Origin: Blochmannia endosymbiont of Camponotus modoc
Lineage (GTDB): Bacteria; Pseudomonadota; Gammaproteobacteria; Enterobacterales; Enterobacteriaceae
Direction: 5' to 3'
DNA length: 32,000 nucleotides
Assembly: GCF_023585785.1 (NCBI RefSeq)
Contig: NZ_CP097765.1
Coordinates: 690,001 to 722,000, forward strand
Every line of letters begins with the position of its first letter. Position 1 is the first letter of the stretch. The notes beneath the pieces were generated by a model. That model was not told where the DNA came from, did not search any database, and saw only the letters and a program-made list of their open reading frames with translations. Position numbers and translations under genes: made by a program. Positions 23,702-32,000 of the stretch are shown piece by piece.

Positions 23702-23905
23702 AAACATGCGGATACATTACCTGTTATCCATAAAAGTAATCATTTTAGCTGCGCAAAAAAACGGTTTTGATTAATGAATTAGTTTATCAAAAAAATATTA
23801 ACGTAAAATATAGATCAATTTAAAGTTGAAAAAATAGTGGTAATGTAGTCAATTGCTATTGAGCTCGTGCTCATAGAGCATTGCTATTGATCAACTTTCG
23901 TAAAA

Positions 23906-25024
23906 ATGGATCTTGAGAAATATATTTTTATGTATACAAAAAAAGTTAATTTACTTAACATGAACAAAGAAGAATTACTAATTTTTTTTGATAAATTAGG
24001 TGAAAAACCTTTCCGTTCTCATCAAGTAATGAGATGGATCTATCATTACTATTGTGACGATTTTAATTACATGACAAATTTAAGCAAGTCTCTAAAAATC
24101 AAATTGAAGCAAATAGCAGAAATCCGTGCTCCAATAATTATAAAAGAACAACTATCTTCAGATGGAACAATCAAATGGGCTATGAAAATTGATGAACAAC
24201 AAATCGAAACAGTTTATATTCCTGAAAATAAAAGAACCACTTTGTGCGTTTCATCACAAATTGGATGCCCTTTAGGATGTAGTTTTTGTGGAACTGCGCA
24301 GCAGGGATTTAACAGAAATCTGAATGTATCAGAGATAATTGGTCAAGTTTGGAGAGCAGCACAACTTATTAATCTCAATAAAAAAATGAAAATAAAAAAT
24401 AGATTTCCTATTACCAATATAGTATTTATGGGTATGGGAGAGCCATTGTTAAATATTGTTAATGTTGTATCGGCGATCAGAATTATATTAGATGACCTTG
24501 GTTTTAAATTATCAAAACGACGTGTTACGCTCTCAACTGCCGGAATTGTACCAGGCATAGAAAAATTAAAAAATATGATTGACGTACCGTTAGCTATATC
24601 TCTACATGCTCCAAATGATACCATTAGAAATAAGATTATGCCAATTAATAAAAAGTACAATATTAATAGCGTATTAGAAGCAGCACGTAGGTATTCGAGA
24701 GACACTAAATCTAATCACGGTAGAGTAACAATAGAGTATGTATTGTTAAAAAATATTAATGACGACGTCCTGCATGCCCATCAATTAGCAAAACAACTTC
24801 AAGGTATTCCGTGTAAAATTAACTTGATCCCATGGAACCCAATTCCGAATATACGATATGCATGTAGCTCACAGATTCGTATGCATGCATTTCTTAAAGT
24901 TTTATTAAAATATAATATAATAACCATCATACGCAAAATAAGAGGAGCGGATATTAGTGCTGCCTGCGGACAATTAACAGGAGAAGTAATTAACCGTATA
25001 AAATTACAATATAACTCATTATAA
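23906..25024 (+). CDS. rlmN: Dual-specificity 23S rRNA/tRNA A2503/A37 C2-methyltransferase (radical SAM)
   Basis: It has [18 protein letters not shown] and the radical-SAM cluster motif CPLGCSFC, plus GMGEPLLN and the C-terminal AACGQLTG. The start could instead be the Met at 23930. Confidence 0.93.
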   Translation: MDLEKYIFMYTKKVNLLNMNKEELLIFFDKLGEKPFRSHQVMRWIYHYYCDDFNYMTNLSKSLKIKLKQIAEIRAPIIIKEQLSSDGTIKWAMKIDEQQIETVYIPENKRTTLCVSSQIGCPLGCSFCGTAQQGFNRNLNVSEIIGQVWRAAQLINLNKKMKIKNRFPITNIVFMGMGEPLLNIVNVVSAIRIILDDLGFKLSKRRVTLSTAGIVPGIEKLKNMIDVPLAISLHAPNDTIRNKIMPINKKYNINSVLEAARRYSRDTKSNHGRVTIEYVLLKNINDDVLHAHQLAKQLQGIPCKINLIPWNPIPNIRYACSSQIRMHAFLKVLLKYNIITIIRKIRGADISAACGQLTGEVINRIKLQYNSL

Positions 25025-25247
25025 AACAATATCATTGTATTTAATACTATATAAAATTAATAAGACAAAATTTTTAAAAAAAGGGATCATAAATGCAATA
25101 TAACAATTACGCATATTTACTGTGTATCCTAAAATTATAAAAATTATGATTCCTATTATAAATATAATTAAATCTCTTAATTGATATAATCAATAAATTT
25201 AAACAAATATATTTATTGTTTAAAAACATGAAAATATAGGAGATTAT

Positions 25248-26378
25248 ATGAATAATATTACGAACATTGTTCGTCGAAAATCTACACGTATTTATATTGG
25301 CAATGTTCCTATTGGAGATGGCGCTCCTATTGCGGTACAATCCATGGTAAATACTCGTACTACAAATATTGTAGAAACAGTTACTCAAATTAACGCCCTA
25401 AAAAAAGCAGGGGTAGATATTGTCCGAATATCGATACCTACTATGGATGCGGCTGAAGCTTTCAAAATAATTAAACGAAAAGTAATTAATATTCCATTAG
25501 TAGCAGATATTCATTTTGATTATCGAATTGCATTGAAAGTAGCTGAGTACGGAGCAGATTGCTTGCGTATCAATCCTGGTAACATCGGGAACAATAAACG
25601 TATTCGATCTGTAGTGCATTGTGCTCAAGATAAAAATATATCTATTCGTATTGGTGTAAATTCTGGATCTCTTGAGCGTGATTTACAAAAAAAGTATGAC
25701 GGAAATCCAACAGAACATGTATTATTAGAATCAGCAATGAGACACGTAGATATTTTAGATAAATTAAACTTTCATCAATTTAAAGTTAGCGTTAAATCTT
25801 CTGATGTGCTAATAACAATACAAGCCTACCGCGCATTAGCATCAAAAATAGATCAACCATTACATATAGGCCTTACTGAAGCCGGAGCTTTACGTAATGG
25901 GACAGTAAAATCTGCAATGGCTGTAGGTTTCTTATTAAACGAAGGCATCGGGGATACAATACGTATATCATTAGCTACAGACCCTATAGAAGAAGTTAAG
26001 GTGGCATTTGATATTTTAAGAGCTTTGAAAATTCGTGCTCATGGTATTAATTTTATAGCTTGTCCAGGATGTGCGCGACAAGAATTTAACGTAATCAATG
26101 TAGTTAATGCGTTAGAAGAAAAAGTAAGTGATATTACAACGCCTATGGATGTATCTATTATTGGATGTGTGGTTAACGGACCAGGAGAAGCATTAAAATC
26201 AACCATTGGTGTTGCCGGTGCACGTAATAAAAGTGGTATATATGAAGATGGTATACGACAACAAAAACGCTGCGATAATATATCAATAGTTGAAGAATTA
26301 GAACGTCGTATTCGAGCTAAATCTAAATTATTAAATCAAAATAACCCACGACACTGCCCTATCACATATCATAAATAA
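25248..26378 (+). CDS. ispG: 4-hydroxy-3-methylbut-2-en-1-yl diphosphate synthase
   Basis: [25 protein letters not shown] is almost identical to E. coli. The cluster ligands are [10 protein letters not shown] and [11 protein letters not shown]. An AGGAG SD is present. Confidence 0.96.
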   Translation: MNNITNIVRRKSTRIYIGNVPIGDGAPIAVQSMVNTRTTNIVETVTQINALKKAGVDIVRISIPTMDAAEAFKIIKRKVINIPLVADIHFDYRIALKVAEYGADCLRINPGNIGNNKRIRSVVHCAQDKNISIRIGVNSGSLERDLQKKYDGNPTEHVLLESAMRHVDILDKLNFHQFKVSVKSSDVLITIQAYRALASKIDQPLHIGLTEAGALRNGTVKSAMAVGFLLNEGIGDTIRISLATDPIEEVKVAFDILRALKIRAHGINFIACPGCARQEFNVINVVNALEEKVSDITTPMDVSIIGCVVNGPGEALKSTIGVAGARNKSGIYEDGIRQQKRCDNISIVEELERRIRAKSKLLNQNNPRHCPITYHK

Positions 26379-26391
26379 TCGAAGATTACAA

Positions 26392-27699
26392 ATGCTTAAA
26401 TATGATAAAAATATCCAATCTATCCGCGGTATGCATGATTATTTGCCGAAAGATACGATTCTATGGCAATACATAGAAAATATACTTATAACTATATTAA
26501 ACAGTTACGGATACAAGGAGATTAGATTTCCTATTATTGAAGACACAAATTTATTCAAACGTTCAATCGGAGAAGTAACAGATGTAATAGAAAAAGAAAT
26601 GTATAATTTTACTGATCGTAACGGTAATAATTTAACGTTACGTCCAGAGGGAACATCTGGATGCGTTCGAGCAGGTATTAAGCATGGTCTGTTTTATCAC
26701 CAAGAACAACGTCTGTGGTATATTGGTCCGATGTTTCGCTATGAACGTCCTCAAAAAGGACGCTATAGACAATTTCATCAATTTAGTGCTGAAGCTTTTG
26801 GTCAAATAGGACCCGACATAGATGCTGAGTTAATTTTAATTACTGCTCGTTGTTGGAAAGAATTAGGAATTAATCATCATTTATCTTTAGAATTAAATTC
26901 AATTGGCTCTTTATCATCTAGAATAAATTATCGTAAAAAATTAATAACTTTTTTAGAAAAAAATTTAAACAACTTGGACAACAATGCTCTACGACGTTTA
27001 TACTCTAATCCATTGCGCATCTTAGATACCAAAAATGCTAAAACTAAAGAATTACTACTTAATGCGCCTATATTAAGCGATCACTTAGATGATGATTCAC
27101 GTGTTCATTTTTCCGAATTATGTCAATTATTAAATCTCTTAGGAGTGTCGTACAGGGTTAATCCGTATCTAGTACGCGGTTTAGATTATTATAACAAAAC
27201 CGTTTTTGAATGGGTTACTGATAGTTTAGGAGTAAAAAAAACTATTTGTGCTGGTGGTCGTTACGATGAATTAGTCCAAGAATTAGGAGGGTATTCAGTA
27301 CCTGCGATAGGATTTTCCATAGGATTAGAACGTGTAATATTATTAATGCAAGAAATTAACAATATTACCATTTTAAATAAAAATATATATATTGATGTAT
27401 ATTTAATTAGTATAGGAGATAATTCTCGAAAACACGCAATGTTATTATCTGAAAATATTCGCTCAACATTACCATCGCTTCGATTAATGGTACATCATGG
27501 AGGAGGTGACATAAAAAAACAATTTTATTGTGCTAATAAACATAAACCACAAATCATATTAATCATGAACGAAAAGAATGTTCTTGAAAAAACGATTATT
27601 TTAAAAAATTTACAATCAAAAACTCAAGAAATATTAAAACATGATGCAGTTTCCGAAAGATTAAAAAATATACTACATATTACATGCAATTCTACTTGA
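26392..27699 (+). CDS. hisS: Histidine--tRNA ligase
   Basis: The 435-aa ORF has the class II motifs [40 protein letters not shown] and GGRYDELV...GFSIGLERV. Confidence 0.95.
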   Translation: MLKYDKNIQSIRGMHDYLPKDTILWQYIENILITILNSYGYKEIRFPIIEDTNLFKRSIGEVTDVIEKEMYNFTDRNGNNLTLRPEGTSGCVRAGIKHGLFYHQEQRLWYIGPMFRYERPQKGRYRQFHQFSAEAFGQIGPDIDAELILITARCWKELGINHHLSLELNSIGSLSSRINYRKKLITFLEKNLNNLDNNALRRLYSNPLRILDTKNAKTKELLLNAPILSDHLDDDSRVHFSELCQLLNLLGVSYRVNPYLVRGLDYYNKTVFEWVTDSLGVKKTICAGGRYDELVQELGGYSVPAIGFSIGLERVILLMQEINNITILNKNIYIDVYLISIGDNSRKHAMLLSENIRSTLPSLRLMVHHGGGDIKKQFYCANKHKPQIILIMNEKNVLEKTIILKNLQSKTQEILKHDAVSERLKNILHITCNST

Positions 27700-28049
27700 T
27701 AATAAGTGATCACAAAAATGATATGAATTTTTCTATAAAATAAAATATCATTAATATTTAACGCATCTTAATAGATTTGAAGAATATACATGAAATTAAA
27801 ATTATGACGATACAGATGAAAACTATTTAAACATTAATCTATTTATACTTATTTATACATACGTGCAAAAGATAAAAATCTAATCTTTCAGCAATCAATG
27901 AGGGCTATTTGCTGGCATTTGTAGTGATTATAATTATACTTTAACCATTCAATAATTACTCAAAACAGAAATAACTTTATTGTGTTATTTAAGACTAATA
28001 TTATGTATGTTTATTTATATACAACCACTTATTTATGGATAATTAAATA

Positions 28050-29465
28050 ATGCTACCTATCATCACGCTAATTGGGCAAAAAAATGTAGGTAAATCTACT
28101 TTATTCAATAAATTAACACATACACATGATGCTTTAATATCTACTTATCCAGGATTAACGCGAGATCGACAATATGGTTATTTTCAATGCAAACAATTTA
28201 AATCTATTCTTATTGATACTGGGGGTATTGATAAATTTTGTAGTACAAAAACAAAAAATATTCAAAGTTATGTAACCTATCAAACAACTCTCGCAATGCA
28301 AGAAGCTGATATTCTATTATTTGTTATGGATAGACACTCTGTAGGAACATCTATAAATTATGATATTTTTAATTTTCTAAAAAAAATAAAAAAAAACATA
28401 TTTGTTGTCATTAATAAAATTGATAACATCCCACATCATATACATACCACGATGTGGGATTATTGTTCTTTTGGTATAAAAAATATTATCTTTATTTCAG
28501 CGATTCATGGGCATGGAATTGATAATTTATTAGAAAATATATCTTCATTAATTTCAAAAAATATATTTTTTTACAAAAATAAAATACCTGAAAGTAATAT
28601 AAATAACACTATTTATCAAAACCACATCATTAATCCGTCATTTAATAAAGTAGATTCTGCTATCGCAATAGCTGTTGTAGGACGTCCTAATTCCGGTAAA
28701 TCTACTTTTGTCAATCATATTTTAGGAGAAACTCGTATGATTGCTTGTAACACACCAGGAACTACTCGAAATTGCGTTCATACGCCTACAATATATGACA
28801 AACAAAAATACATATTGATTGATACAGCAGGCGTACAAAAAAGCAAAAGAATAGATAATGTAGCGGAGCAAATTTCTATTCTAAAAACATTTCAAATTAT
28901 TAAGACCGCGCACATCCTATTATTCATAGGAGATGCAAATATTGGGATATCTGACCAAGATTTACATTTGTTACGATTTATCCTAAATAATGGTAAAACA
29001 TTAATAATCGTTATTAACAAATGGGATTTGATATCTCCAGATTTGCGTGATACAATTAAAAAAAATTTATACGAAAAAATTAATTTTATTAGTTTTGCTC
29101 AAATACATTTTATTTCGGCATTGTACGGAAACGGAATTAAAACATTATTTCAAACAATCAAAGCAACAAACTTGCGGGCTCGTTATACAAAAACCATCAA
29201 TACCGCACATTTAATTCGAACATTGCACGCTGCAATCGCTAAATGTCCACCTCCATTTTTACAAGGTAAAAGAATTAAACCCAAATATATTCATGTCGGA
29301 CAACATGAACCATTGACTCTGATTATTCATGGCACTCACGTCAGCAAATTACCTGATGATTATAAACGATATCTAAAAAAACATTTTTATCGTATGTTAA
29401 ACATCACAGGTATTTTATTACACATTCAATTTAAAGATAATATTAATCCATTTATTAACAAATAA
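28050..29465 (+). CDS. der: Ribosome-associated GTPase Der (EngA), double GTPase domains
   Basis: GD1 carries GQKNVGKSTLFNKL, DTGG and NKID. GD2 carries GRPNSGKSTFVN, DTAG and NKWD. The KH-like C-terminus has PDDYKRYLKKHFYR. Confidence 0.94.
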   Translation: MLPIITLIGQKNVGKSTLFNKLTHTHDALISTYPGLTRDRQYGYFQCKQFKSILIDTGGIDKFCSTKTKNIQSYVTYQTTLAMQEADILLFVMDRHSVGTSINYDIFNFLKKIKKNIFVVINKIDNIPHHIHTTMWDYCSFGIKNIIFISAIHGHGIDNLLENISSLISKNIFFYKNKIPESNINNTIYQNHIINPSFNKVDSAIAIAVVGRPNSGKSTFVNHILGETRMIACNTPGTTRNCVHTPTIYDKQKYILIDTAGVQKSKRIDNVAEQISILKTFQIIKTAHILLFIGDANIGISDQDLHLLRFILNNGKTLIIVINKWDLISPDLRDTIKKNLYEKINFISFAQIHFISALYGNGIKTLFQTIKATNLRARYTKTINTAHLIRTLHAAIAKCPPPFLQGKRIKPKYIHVGQHEPLTLIIHGTHVSKLPDDYKRYLKKHFYRMLNITGILLHIQFKDNINPFINK

Positions 29466-29560
29466 AAATATGTCATATTAACACACACAGATGCAACGAA
29501 AACAACTGACATTTATATAGAATTATAGAATTGAAAAAAAATCAGCAAACATATTGAGCT

Positions 29561-31120
29561 TTAACGATCTATTGCTTCTATATAATTTAATTTCAAAGCA
29601 TTACAAGTATATTGTCTAATTTTATTTACTAATATAAGATCACCATTTAAACTCTTAGTATATGACGGGATCATATCTATAAGTTTATTTTTCCACACAT
29701 CACTATTAATTTTATTATTAAACATTGTATCCAAAAGTTGCAATATTATTGAAACTACAGTAGATGCTCCCGGAGATGCGCCAAGAAGTGCCGATAAAGT
29801 ACCATCACTAGAATTAACTACCTCTGTTCCAAATTGTAACATACCTCTCTTGTTGCTATTTCTTTTAATAATTTGAACACGTTGTCCTGCTGTTACTAAA
29901 GTCCAATCTGACGGGTTAACTGCCGGATAGTATTCCCTAAGCTCATCAATACGGTCCATGTTTGACATAACTAACTGACTGATTAAATACTTAATCAAAT
30001 CAAAATTATCTATCCCAACTTGCAAAATTGGAATAATATTATGCTTATTTAAAGAATGAAATAAATCTAGCCATGATCCATATTTTAAAAATTTACTGCT
30101 GAAAGTTGCAAATGGGCCAAACAACAAAATCTTCTCACCATTCAATATTCTAGTATCTATATGAGGTACTGACATTGGAGGCGTGTTAACAGATGCTTTT
30201 CCATACACTTTAGCTAAATGTTGTGCAACTATCTTCGGATTTTTTGTGACTAAAAACTGACCTCCTACCGGAAATCCAGCGTATCCACAAACTTCTGGAA
30301 CTCCAGAACTTTGCAAAAGACTAAGAGATCTTCCTCCGGCTCCTATAAAAACATAATTTGTACGAATACATTTTTTGTGGTTACACCGTCGATCAATTAC
30401 ATGTACATCCCAAGTTGCATCGTTATTATTCTGTACAGATCTAACATCATGCTGTAAATACATTTTAAAATTTACATTTTTTTTCAATTCATTCAATAAT
30501 TGTTGAGTAAGTGCTCCAAAATTAACATCTGTACCCATCTCCATGCGAGTAGCGGCTATTTTCTGCGATACATTACGTCCGTCAATAATAAGAGGAGCCC
30601 ACTGACGAATTTGCTGTAAATCTTCCGAATATACCATACCACTAAACAAAACACTATTTAGCAATGCTTGAAAGCGTTTTTTTAAAAAACAAACGTTTTC
30701 TTCTCCCCATACAAAACTCATATGCGGTACATTATTAATAAAGGAACTCGGATATTTAAGTACTTTTATTTGTACTAAATATGCCCAAAATTGCCGCGAT
30801 ATTTCAAATGCTTCATTAACAGCAATAGCCTTTGAAATATCAACAGAACAATTTTTATTATTATATTGGGTATAGTTCAGCTCGCAAAATGCTGCATGTC
30901 CTGTACCAGCGTTATTCCATACATTAGAGCTTTCCTGTGCTGGCTGATTAAGACGCTCATATATATGAATTCTCCAAGTTGGCTCAAGAATTGTTAAGAA
31001 CATACCAAAAGTTGCGCTCATAATCCCAGCTCCGATTAGCACCACGTCTGCTGAAGATGTAATTTTAATCAATCGATGTTGTTGATTTATAACAGCAACA
31101 TTACTCATATAATTACTCAA
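29561..31120 (-). CDS. mqo: Malate:quinone oxidoreductase
   Basis: The 519-aa ORF has DVVLIGAGIMSATFG (FAD fold), QESSNVWNNAGTGHAAFCELNY, PHMSFVWGEENV, GFPVGGQFLV, AKVYGKASVNTPPMSVPHIDTR and LLGASPGAST, all colinear with E. coli Mqo. Confidence 0.94.
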   Translation of the reverse strand: MSNYMSNVAVINQQHRLIKITSSADVVLIGAGIMSATFGMFLTILEPTWRIHIYERLNQPAQESSNVWNNAGTGHAAFCELNYTQYNNKNCSVDISKAIAVNEAFEISRQFWAYLVQIKVLKYPSSFINNVPHMSFVWGEENVCFLKKRFQALLNSVLFSGMVYSEDLQQIRQWAPLIIDGRNVSQKIAATRMEMGTDVNFGALTQQLLNELKKNVNFKMYLQHDVRSVQNNNDATWDVHVIDRRCNHKKCIRTNYVFIGAGGRSLSLLQSSGVPEVCGYAGFPVGGQFLVTKNPKIVAQHLAKVYGKASVNTPPMSVPHIDTRILNGEKILLFGPFATFSSKFLKYGSWLDLFHSLNKHNIIPILQVGIDNFDLIKYLISQLVMSNMDRIDELREYYPAVNPSDWTLVTAGQRVQIIKRNSNKRGMLQFGTEVVNSSDGTLSALLGASPGASTVVSIILQLLDTMFNNKINSDVWKNKLIDMIPSYTKSLNGDLILVNKIRQYTCNALKLNYIEAIDR

Positions 31121-31583
31121 ATAATAGTATACTTAACGTATTTAGTTACCGTAATAAAAACAAAAAACTTTTAATAACATGCAATTTATACACCACACAA
31201 AAACCCTTATAATTAGGACCACATCTTAATAAAGAAATAAAAAATAAATTCCAAAAAAACAATTAAAAACAACATTAAATCATATTTTTAACGTTTAATA
31301 CAAATAACATAATTAAAATAATAATTTTATTTTAACAAAAACTTAACTGTTGACGTTTCATGGATACATAATACACTTACAACTAATACCATATCAATTA
31401 CACATAACTTTAACAAAATTCTATAATGATTAATTTTTATAAATTGTATTCTAAACTTGATTAATTACATAATTTATGATAGAACTAACACCGTTAGGTG
31501 TTAAAGAAATATAATATAACCCACATAATTATAGTCTACAGTGTGCTGTTCCTTGTTCTTCTAGAATTAGTTTGCTGGTGTTC

Positions 31584-31603
31584 GGGGTTTGGTTTTGGTT
31601 TGG
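31584..31603 (+). other. G-run motif GGGGTTTGGTTTTGGTTTGG (two-tetrad G-quadruplex-type pattern)
   Basis: Four G runs of at least 2 nt (31584-87, 31591-92, 31597-98, 31602-03) are separated by T3-T4 loops, inside the G/T-rich block just right of the composition switch. Confidence 0.5.
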
Positions 31604-31724
31604 TGTCTGTGTTTTAGTGTGCTTTAAATAAAAAAATTTCTTGGTACTGGAAGGTATGGTGATGAAATCGAATTGCCATCGTAGCAGTGTCGCTATTGTA
31701 GTTTAGGGTGTACTGATAATTGTA

Positions 31725-32000
31725 ATGTTGACTTTTGTTAAAGAGGCTTTGACTTTTGATGATGTGTTGATCGTTCCGTCTCGTTCGAGAGTACTTCCTG
31801 CGGAGACGATTTTAAAAAGTTTTTTGACTAATGCTGTTTCTTTGAACATTCCTATTGTATCATCGGCGATGGATACAGTGACTGAGGCAAGTTTAGCTAT
31901 TGCTTTAGCGCAAGAAGGCGGGGTGGGTTTTATTCATAAAAATATGTCTTTGGATCAACAGATTAATGAGGTGCGTCGGGTTAAACGTTATGAAAGTGGA
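31725..32000 (+). CDS. guaB: IMP dehydrogenase, 5' fragment (first 92 codons; continues beyond the window)
   Basis: The translation [27 protein letters not shown]...[35 protein letters not shown]...[10 protein letters not shown] compares with E. coli [25 protein letters not shown]...[35 protein letters not shown]...VRRVKKHESG. It is shorter than the ORF-track threshold, so it is not listed there. Confidence 0.93.
   Translation, partial: MLTFVKEALTFDDVLIVPSRSRVLPAETILKSFLTNAVSLNIPIVSSAMDTVTEASLAIALAQEGGVGFIHKNMSLDQQINEVRRVKRYESG

Noticed and set aside
23852-23890. 11-bp direct repeat ATTGCTATTGA (23852-23862 and 23880-23890) flanking a small TGCTC-ATA-GAGCA hairpin just upstream of rlmN
   Set aside because: It is real in the sequence, but short. 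I cannot connect it to any known operator or RNA element. It could be a slippage duplication or a relic, so I record it without a functional call.
10369-25388. Antisense or overlapping ORFs within annotated genes (10369-10614, 11630-11815, 13216-13509, 14218-14403, 14763-14969, 14864-15052, 17303-17491, 17659-17862, 21916-22107, 22393-22671, 24343-24705, 24799-25035, 25107-25388)
   Set aside because: Each is embedded opposite, or out of frame with, a full-length conserved housekeeping gene and has no recognisable motif. These are typical shadow ORFs.
31186-31194. DnaA-box-like TTATACACC (and TAACCCACA near 31518-31526) in the putative origin spacer
   Set aside because: The first has one mismatch to TTATNCACA and the second has two. 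Both are isolated and unclustered, and such matches are expected by chance in 600 bp of AT-rich DNA. They are not evidence for DnaA-dependent initiation.
31662-31706. 14-codon uORF (MKSNCHRSSVAIVV) upstream of guaB with an AAGG 7 nt upstream, considered as a leader peptide
   Set aside because: It has no run of regulatory codons and no obvious alternative hairpins, and no leader peptide is known for guaB. It is too short to tell apart from chance.

Overview
This is an AT-rich, tightly packed chromosome segment from a genome-reduced, Enterobacterales-derived obligate endosymbiont. It resembles Blochmannia, Wigglesworthia or Baumannia, but I cannot resolve the taxon by eye. The window holds the 3' 1.2 kb of 16S rRNA, tRNA-Glu(UUC) and a 23S rRNA with no linked 5S. 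After these come tmRNA and 24 apparently intact housekeeping CDS: pssA, an EmrE/QacE-type SMR pump, smpB, ratA, bamE, nadK, grpE, ung, lepA-lepB-rnc, pdxJ-acpS, tadA, glyA, suhB, iscS, ndk, rlmN, ispG, hisS, der, mqo and the 5' end of guaB. Gene order matches the E. coli rrnG-to-guaB region with deletions: recN, ratB, era, recO, trmJ, iscR, iscUA-hscBA-fdx, rodZ, yfgM, bamB and xseA are missing from their conserved positions. I see no CRISPR array, IS element, prophage, defence island or frameshifted gene, and I do not find a novel multi-gene system. The observations most worth follow-up are these. (1) An abrupt, origin-type strand-composition switch lies at about 31,540 in the mqo-guaB spacer, without DnaA boxes or GATC clustering. 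(2) It follows that the rRNA operon and most genes here sit on the lagging-type strand. (3) SuhB has lost most inositol-monophosphatase catalytic residues but is otherwise conserved. (4) iscS is orphaned and shortened at its C-terminus, next to Fe-S client genes. (5) Four GATC sites and a perfect 14-bp palindrome cluster at the rnc stop codon, at the edge of the era/recO deletion scar. (6) The 23S rRNA carries an AT-rich helix-45 expansion. All coordinates and counts come from reading the sequence by hand. Homology statements rest on remembered E. coli sequences, not on searches.
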